From Escherichia phage BP32: a DNA stretch of 64,000 nucleotides. Of this stretch, positions 1 to 8,540 are shown one piece after another. Below the pieces are notes generated by a model. The model had not been told where the DNA came from. It did not search any database and saw nothing but the letters and a program-made list of their open reading frames with translations. The stretch is from sequence record OR906198.1; one strand, given 5' to 3'. Made by a program: the position numbers and the translations under genes. Positions within the stretch are counted from its first letter, which is position 1, and each line of letters begins with the position of its first letter.

Positions 1-171
1 GCCGAGTGGTTTAGTAATTCAGGCGAACAGCAATTTAATGAAGCGTGGAACATGGGTGATATTAGTGGAATTTATCCTACAACAGAAATTTCTGTTCAGG
101 GATATGGCATTCATGAACCTATTCGTTTAGTTGAATATGATTTATGTACTGGTGAGGAAGTCAAATATGAT
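1..171 (+). CDS. hypothetical protein, 5-prime truncated at window edge
   Basis: frame 1 open from window start to TGA 169-171; stop overlaps next start (ATGA). Confidence 0.4.
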
Positions 172-433
172 TGAAGACATTAAGGGTTATAAGCCACATA
201 CTGAAGAGAAAATCGGTAAAGTGAATGCTATCAAAGACGCTGAAGTTCGTTTAGGACTTATCTTTGATGCTTTATATGATGAATTCTGGGAAGCACTAGA
301 TAATTGTGAAGACTGCGAACTCACAAAGAATTATGCTGAAAGCCTCGATCAGTTAACTATTGCTAAAACGAAACTCAAAGAAGCCAGTATGTGGGCTTGT
401 CGTGCTGTGTTCCAACCAGAGGAAAAATATTAA
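167..433 (+). CDS. vs.4: small early protein, candidate cyclic-oligonucleotide sponge (Acb2 / T4 Vs.4-like), 88 aa
   Basis: GAGGAAG RBS 8 nt upstream of ATG 167; position two ORFs upstream of regB as recalled for T4 vs.4; Tyr8 and Lys23 match my unverified recollection of Acb2 ligand-binding residues. Confidence 0.5.
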   Translation: MIEDIKGYKPHTEEKIGKVNAIKDAEVRLGLIFDALYDEFWEALDNCEDCELTKNYAESLDQLTIAKTKLKEASMWACRAVFQPEEKY

Positions 434-711
434 TGGCTCAATTAAGCGCAGGGTTTGGTTATGAGTATTATACTGCCCCTCGTCGTGTATCTGTCGCTCC
501 TAAGAAAATTCAAAGTCTTGATGACTTCCAAGAAGTAGTCCGTAAAGCTTTCCAGGACTACGCACGTTATCTTAAAGAAGATTCACAGGACTGTCTCGAA
601 GAAGATGAAATTGCTTACTATGAGCAGCGTCTTGAACAGCTTAAAAACCTACATGAGGTTCGTGCAGAAGTTTCAAAGTCTATGAATAAATTGATTAGAT
701 TTAAAGAATAA
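433..711 (+). CDS. hypothetical early protein (vs.3 position), 92 aa
   Basis: ATG overlaps upstream stop (TAATG); GAGGAAAAA RBS; acidic protein. Confidence 0.55.
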   Translation: MAQLSAGFGYEYYTAPRRVSVAPKKIQSLDDFQEVVRKAFQDYARYLKEDSQDCLEEDEIAYYEQRLEQLKNLHEVRAEVSKSMNKLIRFKE

Positions 712-713
712 CT

Positions 714-743
714 GTTTACTTTTCCTCTTGACTGTGGTATAAT
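714..743 (+). promoter_or_regulatory. T4-type early promoter (GTTTAC, 17 bp, TATAAT)
   Basis: gtttacttttcctcttgactgtggtataat immediately upstream of regB. Confidence 0.7.
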
Positions 744-770
744 TTTTCTATCAGTTAAGAGGAGAATAAC

Positions 771-1232
771 ATGACTATCAACACAGAAGTTTTTATCCGT
801 CGAAATAAGCTCCGTCGTCACTTTGAGTCGGAGTTTCGTCAAATTAACAATGAGATTCGTGAGGCATCAAAAGCAGCAGGGGTCTCATCGTTTCATCTAA
901 AATATTCTCAGCATCTTCTTGATCGTGCAATTCAACGGGAGATTGATGAGACATATGTTTTTGAATTATTCCATAAAATAAAAGACCATGTTTTAGAAGT
1001 TAATGAATTTCTGAGTATGCCTCCGCGTCCTGACATTGATGAGGATTTTATTGATGGGGTTGAATATCGTCCTGGACGTTTAGAAATCACAGATGGAAAT
1101 CTTTGGCTTGGATTTACAGTTTGTAAACCTAATGAGAAGTTCAAAGACCCGTCACTTCAGTGCAGGATGGCAATCATCAACAGTCGTCGTTTACCAGGAA
1201 AGGCTTCTAAAGCAGTAATTAAAACTCAATGA
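771..1232 (+). CDS. regB: RegB sequence-specific endoribonuclease
   Basis: 153 aa as in T4 RegB; protein sequence recognised; AGAGGAGA RBS; own early promoter. Confidence 0.85.
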   Translation: MTINTEVFIRRNKLRRHFESEFRQINNEIREASKAAGVSSFHLKYSQHLLDRAIQREIDETYVFELFHKIKDHVLEVNEFLSMPPRPDIDEDFIDGVEYRPGRLEITDGNLWLGFTVCKPNEKFKDPSLQCRMAIINSRRLPGKASKAVIKTQ

Positions 1233-1239
1233 GGTAAGC

Positions 1240-1785
1240 ATGAGAAAAGCACTACTCGCTGGTCTATTGGCCATTTCTATGATGGCACATAGCTCCGAGC
1301 ATACTTTCAGTAATGTCCAACTCGATAACATGCGTTACGCGTATCAATTCGGGGAACAATTTTCTAAGGATGGAAAATATAAAACACACAAAAATATCCA
1401 CAAGAGCGGATTGGGTCATATAATGGCTGCTATTTTATGGCAAGAAAGCTCTGCCGGAGTTAATTTAAAATCTAAACCAAAGCATCATGCCTATGGAATG
1501 TTCCAAAATTATTTGCCTACTATGCGAGCAAGAGTTAAGGAACTTGGTTATAATATGACCGATGCTGAAATAAAAAGAATGTTGAATAAACGGTCCAATT
1601 CAGCTTCCTGGGCGTACATTGAACTTTCTTATTGGTTAAATATACATAAGGGCGATATAAGAAAGGCGATATCCTCTTATAATTCGGGATGGAATGTTAA
1701 AGCAGGTTCTAAATATGCTTCTGAAGTCCTAGAAAAGGCTAATTACCTTAAAAATAATAAACTTTTGGAAATAGTAAATGACTAA
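1240..1785 (+). CDS. secreted lytic-transglycosylase-like protein (SLT/lysozyme-like fold), vs.1 position
   Basis: N-terminal signal peptide; WQESSAG motif resembling the catalytic E-S motif of soluble lytic transglycosylases. Confidence 0.6.
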   Translation: MRKALLAGLLAISMMAHSSEHTFSNVQLDNMRYAYQFGEQFSKDGKYKTHKNIHKSGLGHIMAAILWQESSAGVNLKSKPKHHAYGMFQNYLPTMRARVKELGYNMTDAEIKRMLNKRSNSASWAYIELSYWLNIHKGDIRKAISSYNSGWNVKAGSKYASEVLEKANYLKNNKLLEIVND

Positions 1786-2119
1786 AATTTTGGTTTTATG
1801 TATAGGATTAATTTCATTTTCTGCGTTAGCAAATACATCATACACTGAAATTAGAGAGTATGTAAACCGTACTGCCGCGGATTATTGTGGGAAAAATAAA
1901 GCATGTCAAGCCGAATTTGCGCAGAAATTAATATATGCATATAAAGATGGAGAAAGAGATAAATCAAGTAGATACAAAAATGATACATTGTTAAAACGAT
2001 ATGCTAAAAAGTGGAATACCTTAGAATGTTCAGTTGCGGAGGAGAAAGATAAAGCCGCCTGTCATTCAATGGTTGACCGTTTGGTAGATTCTTATAATCG
2101 AGGATTGAGTACTAGATGA
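1778..2119 (+). CDS. hypothetical secreted protein (vs position)
   Basis: 113 aa ORF with N-terminal hydrophobic signal-like segment; ATG overlaps upstream stop. Confidence 0.5.
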   Translation: MTKILVLCIGLISFSALANTSYTEIREYVNRTAADYCGKNKACQAEFAQKLIYAYKDGERDKSSRYKNDTLLKRYAKKWNTLECSVAEEKDKAACHSMVDRLVDSYNRGLSTR

Positions 2120-2595
2120 TTGTAAAATATATCAAGGGCGATATTGTCGCCCTATTTCTTCAAGGTAATATTATTGCGCACGGGTGCAATTGTTTTCATA
2201 CAATGGGCTCTGGCGTAGCAGGTCAATTAGCAAGAGCCTATCCCAAAATTTTAGAAATAGATAAAACCACTACTGAGTACGGTTCTCGTGATAAATTAGG
2301 CGATATGTCTATTGTTTTTAAACATAATCCTACGGGATTTGGTATATGCTATAACTTGTATACGCAATACGAACCGGGTCCTAATCTTGATTATGGTGCT
2401 TTAGTAAACTGCATGATAGAATTAAATCTACAGGCAGAGACCCTTTTGTTTAAACCAGTAATTTATATTCCACGCATAGGTTGTGGTATTGCTGGTGGTG
2501 ATTGGGATAAGGTTTCTAAATTAATCGACATGTTTACTCCTGATATTGATTTAATAGTGGTGGATTATGAAAGTACATTACCCGCATCCGTTTGA
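2116..2595 (+). CDS. macrodomain protein (ADP-ribose binding/processing fold)
   Basis: GDI..(10)..IIAHGCNCFHTMGSGVAGQL and later IGCGIAGGDWDKV align by eye to the macrodomain NAAN...GGGV and G-x-G-x-G motifs. Confidence 0.6.
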   Translation: MIVKYIKGDIVALFLQGNIIAHGCNCFHTMGSGVAGQLARAYPKILEIDKTTTEYGSRDKLGDMSIVFKHNPTGFGICYNLYTQYEPGPNLDYGALVNCMIELNLQAETLLFKPVIYIPRIGCGIAGGDWDKVSKLIDMFTPDIDLIVVDYESTLPASV

Positions 2596-2779
2596 TCCTA
2601 AAAACAAAGTGGAAATTATTCGTCAATGGGAACGCATTTGCCGTACTAAATGTCCAATTAATAGTCCTCATGATGTAGATAAAGACTATATAGGAACATT
2701 CGTTGAATATACCTTTATTGATAAGAAAGGTCGTAAACAGCACGTAGAAGAATATTGCTTAAAGGTTACATGGTTATGA
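2567..2779 (+). CDS. hypothetical protein
   Basis: 70 aa ORF overlapping upstream gene end; no recognisable motif. Confidence 0.45.
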   Translation: MKVHYPHPFDPKNKVEIIRQWERICRTKCPINSPHDVDKDYIGTFVEYTFIDKKGRKQHVEEYCLKVTWL

Positions 2780-2982
2780 GCCAAACTAGTATTCTTAAAA
2801 ATGCTCATTGTGAAAAGTGTAAATGGCCGGTTGTTTTTGCTTTATGTAATGATGAAATGGCTTGTGATTTCGATTATTGGTGCTATTGTTCTAATAAAGG
2901 ATGCATCAATCATAAAGGTGAAGGATTTTATTCAGGATTTTATCCTTATCCTGATTTCGTTAAAGAAGGTAAACCAAAATGA
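2770..2982 (+). CDS. small Cys-rich protein, possible metal-binding
   Basis: AAGG RBS 7 nt upstream of ATG 2770; CxxC plus several further Cys in 70 aa. Confidence 0.5.
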   Translation: MVMSQTSILKNAHCEKCKWPVVFALCNDEMACDFDYWCYCSNKGCINHKGEGFYSGFYPYPDFVKEGKPK

Positions 2983-3155
2983 ATGATGATTTAAAATATC
3001 AATTATTACGTGAACTTGATGTTTTGATTGAACTTTCTGCACAAAAAGGATTTATAATTGGATCGGGTCAAAAAGACCCCAACGGTCATTCAATCGTAGC
3101 GGTTATGAATCAGAAACGAGTCATTTTAAAACTTTTGGGGATTGACATACTGTGA
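2979..3155 (+). CDS. hypothetical small protein (58 aa)
   Basis: ATGA start/stop overlap with upstream ORF; below the 60 aa cutoff of the ORF track. Confidence 0.4.
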   Translation: MNDDLKYQLLRELDVLIELSAQKGFIIGSGQKDPNGHSIVAVMNQKRVILKLLGIDIL

Positions 3156-3337
3156 GCCTAAGCAAAGAACAAAAAGATAAATTGTTTGAGCTTATCCATG
3201 AACTTCTAGATGAGCATACAGAAGCAAACACCTTTTATGATGAATACGGCCCGCTATCTCCCGAACAGCAGGAAGAATTTGCTGATCGGTTTGATAAGAA
3301 AGAAAATGAATTAATAGCTTATGTGAATACGCTTTAA
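3152..3337 (+). CDS. hypothetical acidic protein (61 aa), possible GTG start
   Basis: GTGA overlap with upstream stop; highly acidic. Confidence 0.4.
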   Translation: MSLSKEQKDKLFELIHELLDEHTEANTFYDEYGPLSPEQQEEFADRFDKKENELIAYVNTL

Positions 3338-3346
3338 GAAGGTGAT

Positions 3347-3928
3347 ATGGCGAGTTTAATTTTTACTTATGCAGCAATGAATGCTGGAAAATCTGCTTCT
3401 CTTTTGACTGCTGCGCATAATTATAAAGAACGTGGAATGAGTGTATTAGTTCTTAAGCCTGCTATTGATACTCGCGATTCTGTCTGTGAAGTCGTTTCTC
3501 GCATTGGAATTAAGCAGGAAGCGAATATTATTACGGATGATATGGATATTTTTGAGTTTTATAAATGGGCTGAAGCACAAAAAGATATTCATTGCGTATT
3601 TGTAGATGAAGCTCAGTTTTTAAAAACTGAACAGGTGCATCAATTAAGCCGAATTGTCGATACATATAATGTTCCTGTTATGGCTTATGGACTAAGGACT
3701 GATTTCGCTGGAAAATTATTTGAAGGTTCTAAAGAACTTTTGGCGATTGCAGATAAACTTATTGAACTAAAGGCAGTTTGTCATTGTGGTAAAAAAGCGA
3801 TTATGACAGCTCGATTAATGGAAGATGGAACACCAGTTAAAGAAGGTAATCAAATTTGTATTGGTGATGAAATTTATGTTTCTTTGTGTAGAAAACATTG
3901 GAATGAATTAACTAAAAAGCTCGGTTAG
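3347..3928 (+). CDS. tk: thymidine kinase
   Basis: 193 aa; P-loop NAGKSAS; C-terminal Cys cluster; sequence recognised as T4 Tk; AAGGTGA RBS. Confidence 0.97.
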   Translation: MASLIFTYAAMNAGKSASLLTAAHNYKERGMSVLVLKPAIDTRDSVCEVVSRIGIKQEANIITDDMDIFEFYKWAEAQKDIHCVFVDEAQFLKTEQVHQLSRIVDTYNVPVMAYGLRTDFAGKLFEGSKELLAIADKLIELKAVCHCGKKAIMTARLMEDGTPVKEGNQICIGDEIYVSLCRKHWNELTKKLG

Positions 3929-3937
3929 TGCAAAAGT

Positions 3938-3945
3938 TATAAATA
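3938..3945 (+). promoter_or_regulatory. T4 late-promoter consensus TATAAATA
   Basis: exact TATAAATA about 25 nt upstream of ATG 3971. Confidence 0.4.
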
Positions 3946-3970
3946 GGTTTATCTAACTAAAGGGGTATAT

Positions 3971-4183
3971 ATGCTACAATTAACTGAAAAGCAACTTCGC
4001 AATCTTACTGTTCTTCAATTAGATGAAATTCGTAGGGAAGTTGGAAATATCATTTCAGCTTTGCGTCGAGAAGTATCACTCAACCAATCTCCGGCAGACT
4101 ATACTAGATTGCGAAATTTTGAAAAATACCTTGATAAAGTTAAGGCCGTGCATCGGCATAAAGTAAATACAGGACAAAAATGA
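3971..4183 (+). CDS. hypothetical protein
   Basis: 70 aa; AAGGGG RBS. Confidence 0.55.
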
Positions 4184-4195
4184 TAGGAGGCCTTT

Positions 4196-4489
4196 ATGGC
4201 CTTAAAAGCAACGGCACTATTTGCCATGCTAGGATTAGCGTTTGCTTTATCTCCACCAATTGAAGCGAATGTCGATCCTCATTTTGATAAATTTATGGAA
4301 TCTGGTATTAGACATGTTTATATGCTTTTTGAAAATAAAAGCGTAGAATCATCTGAACAGTTCTATAGTTTTATGCGAACGACCTATAAAAATGACCCGT
4401 GCTCTTCCGATTTTGAATGTATAGAACGAGGCGCGGAGATGGCACAATCATACGCTAGAATTATGAACATTAAATTGGAGACTGAATGA
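4196..4489 (+). CDS. hypothetical secreted protein
   Basis: 97 aa with cleavable-looking signal peptide; GGAGG RBS. Confidence 0.6.
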   Translation: MALKATALFAMLGLAFALSPPIEANVDPHFDKFMESGIRHVYMLFENKSVESSEQFYSFMRTTYKNDPCSSDFECIERGAEMAQSYARIMNIKLETE

Positions 4490-4872
4490 AATTCAGCGAC
4501 TTTTCACAAAGTGGAAAACCTTCAAAGGCAGATGAATATTTAGGTTTATTAATGGCTGCGCAAGCTTATTTTCATTCTGCGCATTTTGAAACTAAAAGTT
4601 ATGCTAGACACAAAGCATACGATTTTATTTTCTCTGAGTTGCCAGATTTGATTGACAAATTTGGTGAGCAGTATTTGGGGTATTCTGGTAGAAAATACAC
4701 ACCTTCAATTCCAGATGCTAGTAAACTTCCTACCGACACAATTAAAATGATTGATCGTATACTAGACCAATCTAACAGCATTTATAAAGAAATGCCTCCA
4801 GCCATTCAAAGCACGATAGATGATATTACTGGGATGTTTTACCAGAGTAAATATCTTCTTTCCCTCGAATAA
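4486..4872 (+). CDS. hypothetical protein
   Basis: 128 aa; GGAG RBS; start overlaps upstream stop. Confidence 0.6.
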   Translation: MKFSDFSQSGKPSKADEYLGLLMAAQAYFHSAHFETKSYARHKAYDFIFSELPDLIDKFGEQYLGYSGRKYTPSIPDASKLPTDTIKMIDRILDQSNSIYKEMPPAIQSTIDDITGMFYQSKYLLSLE

Positions 4873-4876
4873 CATT

Positions 4877-4899
4877 AGTCTCCTTCGGGAGACTTTTTT
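4877..4899 (+). terminator. rho-independent terminator hairpin (TTCG loop)
   Basis: agtctcc-ttcg-ggagact followed by T6. Confidence 0.75.
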
Positions 4900-4909
4900 C
4901 ATTTTACCG

Positions 4910-4939
4910 GTTTACTTTCCATTTGAGCTGTGATACTAT
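4910..4939 (+). promoter_or_regulatory. T4-type early promoter
   Basis: gtttac...17-18 bp...tactat directly after the terminator. Confidence 0.6.
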
Positions 4940-4967
4940 ACAACCATCGGATAAAGAGGAGAACATC

Positions 4968-5156
4968 ATGAAAATTGAAGCACTCAATCAAGAAGGAAAT
5001 ATCTACGTCATCATTAATGGTGATTTTTTCGTCGACATGGATGAAGTTACTAGTGAAGAACTTGTAGAACTTCTTAAGAAACGTTATGATATGTGTGATG
5101 AAGCTGCAACTCACATGGCGTGTGCAATATTCTCTCTTTCATATGTGGTGGAATAA
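4968..5156 (+). CDS. hypothetical acidic protein (62 aa)
   Basis: AGAGGAGA RBS before ATG 4968. Confidence 0.6.
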   Translation: MKIEALNQEGNIYVIINGDFFVDMDEVTSEELVELLKKRYDMCDEAATHMACAIFSLSYVVE

Positions 5157-5359
5157 TGATTAGTATTGAACAAGCAGATAAAATTAAAGAATTGGTAGCT
5201 TTAATTCGCAAAGCAGATGAGGAACTTAGTGACTTTGCTTGGTTTTCGTCAGGCATTGCAAATAAAGGTATTGAAGAATTTGAAGCTAAAGTTGATAATG
5301 CTGTAGAAGCTTTAGATATGTTTCTTGATGAAATTATCGATCACAATACGAGAGTTTAA
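5156..5359 (+). CDS. hypothetical protein (67 aa)
   Basis: TAATG overlap with upstream stop. Confidence 0.55.
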   Translation: MISIEQADKIKELVALIRKADEELSDFAWFSSGIANKGIEEFEAKVDNAVEALDMFLDEIIDHNTRV

Positions 5360-5361
5360 GT

Positions 5362-5556
5362 ATGCTGACACACGAACAGTTTGAAAAAATCATTAAATTA
5401 GCACGTGATGTTGAAATAGATTCATATCAATTAGCAGTTGAGCACTGTGAAGGATATTCATACGAAGGTATAGCAGCAGCTAAAAAGGATTTGGATAAAT
5501 CTAAAGCTAAGTTAGTTCAATATCTTGAAATGATTAGGTGGAATAATGAAAACTGA
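5362..5556 (+). CDS. hypothetical protein (64 aa)
   Basis: ORF track; compact spacing. Confidence 0.55.
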   Translation: MLTHEQFEKIIKLARDVEIDSYQLAVEHCEGYSYEGIAAAKKDLDKSKAKLVQYLEMIRWNNEN

Positions 5557-5719
5557 AAAGCAGATGTTTTTAATGAAGCTAATTGAAGAATATGCTAATG
5601 CAGTTTCTGACTATGAGTATTCTGCTCGGGAAAGAGGTACAGCTTTCGCAAAGGAAGAAATGAAAATCATGGTTGATGCTCACACAAAACTCCAGAATTT
5701 TATTGAAAACGTCATTTAA
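5546..5719 (+). CDS. hypothetical small protein (57 aa)
   Basis: AGGTGG RBS; overlaps upstream gene end in another frame. Confidence 0.45.
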   Translation: MKTEKQMFLMKLIEEYANAVSDYEYSARERGTAFAKEEMKIMVDAHTKLQNFIENVI

Positions 5720-5721
5720 TG

Positions 5722-5751
5722 GTTTACAAGTTGGCAAGGTTATGGTATAGT
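5722..5751 (+). promoter_or_regulatory. T4-type early promoter
   Basis: gtttacaagttggcaaggttatggtatagt. Confidence 0.65.
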
Positions 5752-5779
5752 AATCTTGTCAACTGTCAAGGAGAAGAGA

Positions 5780-5884
5780 ATGAAAGTTTTGTTTGTTGTG
5801 TATGTGATGATTCAATATAATTACCCAATGTTTACTTATAATCTGGTGAACAACATTATTGATATTATTCAAAGGAGTATGTAA
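5780..5884 (+). CDS. tiny hydrophobic peptide (34 aa)
   Basis: strong AAGGAGA RBS right after the early promoter. Confidence 0.35.
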   Translation: MKVLFVVYVMIQYNYPMFTYNLVNNIIDIIQRSM

Positions 5885-5886
5885 TT

Positions 5887-6441
5887 GTGAGTGAGTCGAA
5901 GAGAATCAATATGAAACGATTAGTATTAGAAGTTAGTCCGCTTTTTGGTGAATTGGCTATAGAAAAAGTAAATAACATGTATCGTTTGACGCAAGAAGAC
6001 GATATGCTATATTTTACGCCTAGTGAAATCATTCATTTAACCCAAATTGAATATCCTTATACCGATAAAATAGTAAGCATCAATGATGAGCATAAAATTC
6101 ATTTTTGTTCTTTATGCTCGGGATTTAGTATTAAAAGTGAGTCAATATGCTTATCAATTGATAATTGGGATAATTTTATAACTAAGATTAAATATTTTTA
6201 TTATTCTAATGAAAGGAAACATAGTTTAAAATGGTTTAAAAAATGTAATGCTATTATTACTAACACTTGCAATCAGAACGGTGAAACTATTTTAAACGTA
6301 TCAAAATGTTATGAAGATGGAGATGTCTTAACTATTCGTCAATCGGTAAATGATGTTAATGTTGTTGTATTAAACAAAGAAGAAGCTGTTTTATTAAAGA
6401 CTTATCTTGATTCTGTCATTCCAACTATGATTTCAAAGTGA
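5887..6441 (+). CDS. hypothetical protein, paralog A
   Basis: 184 aa; C-terminal segment similar to the next ORF; start uncertain (GTG 5887 or ATG 5911). Confidence 0.55.
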   Translation: MSESKRINMKRLVLEVSPLFGELAIEKVNNMYRLTQEDDMLYFTPSEIIHLTQIEYPYTDKIVSINDEHKIHFCSLCSGFSIKSESICLSIDNWDNFITKIKYFYYSNERKHSLKWFKKCNAIITNTCNQNGETILNVSKCYEDGDVLTIRQSVNDVNVVVLNKEEAVLLKTYLDSVIPTMISK

Positions 6442-6447
6442 GGAAAT

Positions 6448-6969
6448 ATGTTTATTTCAAGTGGAAGTGGTTTAATTCGTGTTGAATTTAAAAATGACAT
6501 CTTCCTTATTCAAGGAGATGATATTATTAAAATGAGTTATGACGAAATCAAGAAAATTTGTCACGCTCTTGAAAGTCATGGAAAGGAAAATGCTACTATC
6601 GATATAGGTGATTTATGGGTAACGCTTTATGAAGTATCCGAAGGATTTAACATTGAAGATGAAAATAACATTTTAGCTATTGATAAAAGGACCGATTTGT
6701 TTGATGTGTTAAAAGTTTATGAACAGTCAAACGGTGGAAGAAAAGCCGTATTGATTTATCAAAAACCGCATTCATGTGGAACTGCTTCAATCATTTCAAA
6801 TATTGAAGATGAAACTGATACCTATATGTGTGTTTTGAAAGCTGGTGGTGACCGTCATCCGGATTTTATTTCTATTCGTCAAAACAATGGAGAAATTTCA
6901 TTATCAAAATCAGAAGCTGAAGCTATGATTAAGTATTTAACAACTGTTACACCTTCAATGAAAGGATAA
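6448..6969 (+). CDS. hypothetical protein, paralog B
   Basis: 173 aa; C-terminus resembles that of the preceding ORF. Confidence 0.55.
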   Translation: MFISSGSGLIRVEFKNDIFLIQGDDIIKMSYDEIKKICHALESHGKENATIDIGDLWVTLYEVSEGFNIEDENNILAIDKRTDLFDVLKVYEQSNGGRKAVLIYQKPHSCGTASIISNIEDETDTYMCVLKAGGDRHPDFISIRQNNGEISLSKSEAEAMIKYLTTVTPSMKG

Positions 6970-6971
6970 TT

Positions 6972-7418
6972 ATGATTATTAATGAAAACTCTTGGCACGT
7001 TCGTATGCATGATTTCTTTTACTGGCAGCGTCCGAATTCTTTGTGTAAATATTTCTGGAAAATGGCGTGGACGTTCTTAGTTATCGGTGTTATTTGCACA
7101 TCGGGGCTATTAGGTAGTTGGGTGGTAGGACAAGCTATTTTAAGTCAATTTGGTGTTACAGGATTCTGGCTTCTACATGCAGGCGGAACCGTATTTGGTG
7201 TACTGATATTTGCTACGATTGTCATTATTGCAGTAGGTATAGCATATATTGTAGCTAAGATTTCAGGTTTATGGGAAGGAGTCAGGTATGATAGAGCGTG
7301 GAAGCGTCAACAAGACGAAGAAAACGGTATTGAACATCCTAAGAGTGTAATCGTTGAATACCTTAAAGCTAGTAAATCTAAAATCTGCCCTATGATAGAA
7401 TTTAAGGATGTTAAATGA
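6972..7418 (+). CDS. membrane protein (2-3 predicted TM helices)
   Basis: long hydrophobic stretches. Confidence 0.6.
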   Translation: MIINENSWHVRMHDFFYWQRPNSLCKYFWKMAWTFLVIGVICTSGLLGSWVVGQAILSQFGVTGFWLLHAGGTVFGVLIFATIVIIAVGIAYIVAKISGLWEGVRYDRAWKRQQDEENGIEHPKSVIVEYLKASKSKICPMIEFKDVK

Positions 7419-8425
7419 AAACAGTAATGAAAAGCTATTTTGGTAGTCATCTTTATGGAACTTCTACTCCAGAATCTGATGTAGATTTCAAAGAAATCTT
7501 TGTTCCTCCTGCTCGCGACATTCTTATCGGAAATGTTAAAGAGCATATGAGTAAAAACACTAACAACACATCATCTAAAAACACTAAAGATGATATTGAC
7601 CATGAACTATACAGTCTTAAGTATTTCTTTAAATTAGCAGCAGATGGTGAAACTGTAGCATTGGATATGCTCCATACTCCACCTGAACTGGTAGTTAAAT
7701 CTGATTTGCCTGATGTATGGAAGTTTATTCAAGACAATCGTTCTCGTTTTTATACGACTAACATGAAATCCTATTTAGGATATGTCCGCAAGCAAGCTTC
7801 TAAATACGGTGTCAAGGGTTCTCGTTTGGCTGCATTGCGTGATGTATTGAAAGTAGTTAATCAAATCCCTGATCAGTGGGTTGATTATCAAGAAGACGGT
7901 TCCATTAAGCAACGTCGTACTAAAGTTGAAGATATTAAGCATCGTCTTCCAGAGAACGAGTTCTGTGAATGGGTGTTCCATAATCACGAGAAAACAGGCC
8001 CGCAAACGTTCTATACTGTGTTGGGTCGTAAATATCAGACAACGCTTTCTCTTATTGAGCTTAAGCAGTCACTGAACAAATTAGATGCTGAATACGGCGA
8101 ACGTGCTCGTAAGGCTGAAGCGAATGAGGGCATTGACTGGAAAGCTCTTAGTCATGCTTGCCGTGGTGGACTCCAACTATTGGAAATTTACAAAACTGGT
8201 GATTTGGTTTATCCACTCCAAGATGCTCCATTTATTCTCGACGTGAAGTTGGGTAAACATCCATTTAAAACTGTTCAAGAGTTTTTGGAAGATGTGGTCG
8301 ATCAAGTAGAAGCAGCATCCATTGAAGCTTCTAAGAACGGTATGCAGCAAAAAGTAGACATGAGTTTCTGGGATGACTTCCTTGAGAGGGTTTATCTTGA
8401 AAACCACCGAAGTTATTATAAATGA
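7415..8425 (+). CDS. nucleotidyltransferase-fold protein (Pol-beta superfamily motif)
   Basis: N-terminal FGSHLYGTSTPESDVDF fits the hG[GS]x(9-13)DxD signature; 336 aa. Confidence 0.55.
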   Translation: MKTVMKSYFGSHLYGTSTPESDVDFKEIFVPPARDILIGNVKEHMSKNTNNTSSKNTKDDIDHELYSLKYFFKLAADGETVALDMLHTPPELVVKSDLPDVWKFIQDNRSRFYTTNMKSYLGYVRKQASKYGVKGSRLAALRDVLKVVNQIPDQWVDYQEDGSIKQRRTKVEDIKHRLPENEFCEWVFHNHEKTGPQTFYTVLGRKYQTTLSLIELKQSLNKLDAEYGERARKAEANEGIDWKALSHACRGGLQLLEIYKTGDLVYPLQDAPFILDVKLGKHPFKTVQEFLEDVVDQVEAASIEASKNGMQQKVDMSFWDDFLERVYLENHRSYYK

Positions 8426-8428
8426 TAA

Positions 8429-8452
8429 GGGAGCCTTCGGGCTCCCTTTTTT
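8429..8452 (+). terminator. rho-independent terminator (TTCG loop)
   Basis: gggagcc-ttcg-ggctccc followed by T6. Confidence 0.8.
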
Positions 8453-8476
8453 ATTTCAAAAATTTTTCATAAAACT

Positions 8477-8506
8477 GTTTACAAGCATAAAGCTTTATGG
8501 TACTAT
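8477..8506 (+). promoter_or_regulatory. T4-type early promoter with conserved leader
   Basis: gtttac...17 bp...tactat; leader to ATG 8541 nearly identical to the one at 35241-35291. Confidence 0.65.
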
Positions 8507-8540
8507 ACAACTATCAACTGATACGGATTTGGAGAATAAA

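Noticed and set aside
8373-8540. N-terminal extension of the AAA+ ATPase ORF as listed in the ORF track (start 8373)
   Set aside because: The extension reads through a strong terminator hairpin (8429-8452) and an early promoter. The real start is ATG 8541 with a GGAGA RBS. The same reasoning trimmed the listed starts of ORFs at 9914, 10936, 12924, 35277, 46249, 52730, 54465, 62556, 63059 and 63255.
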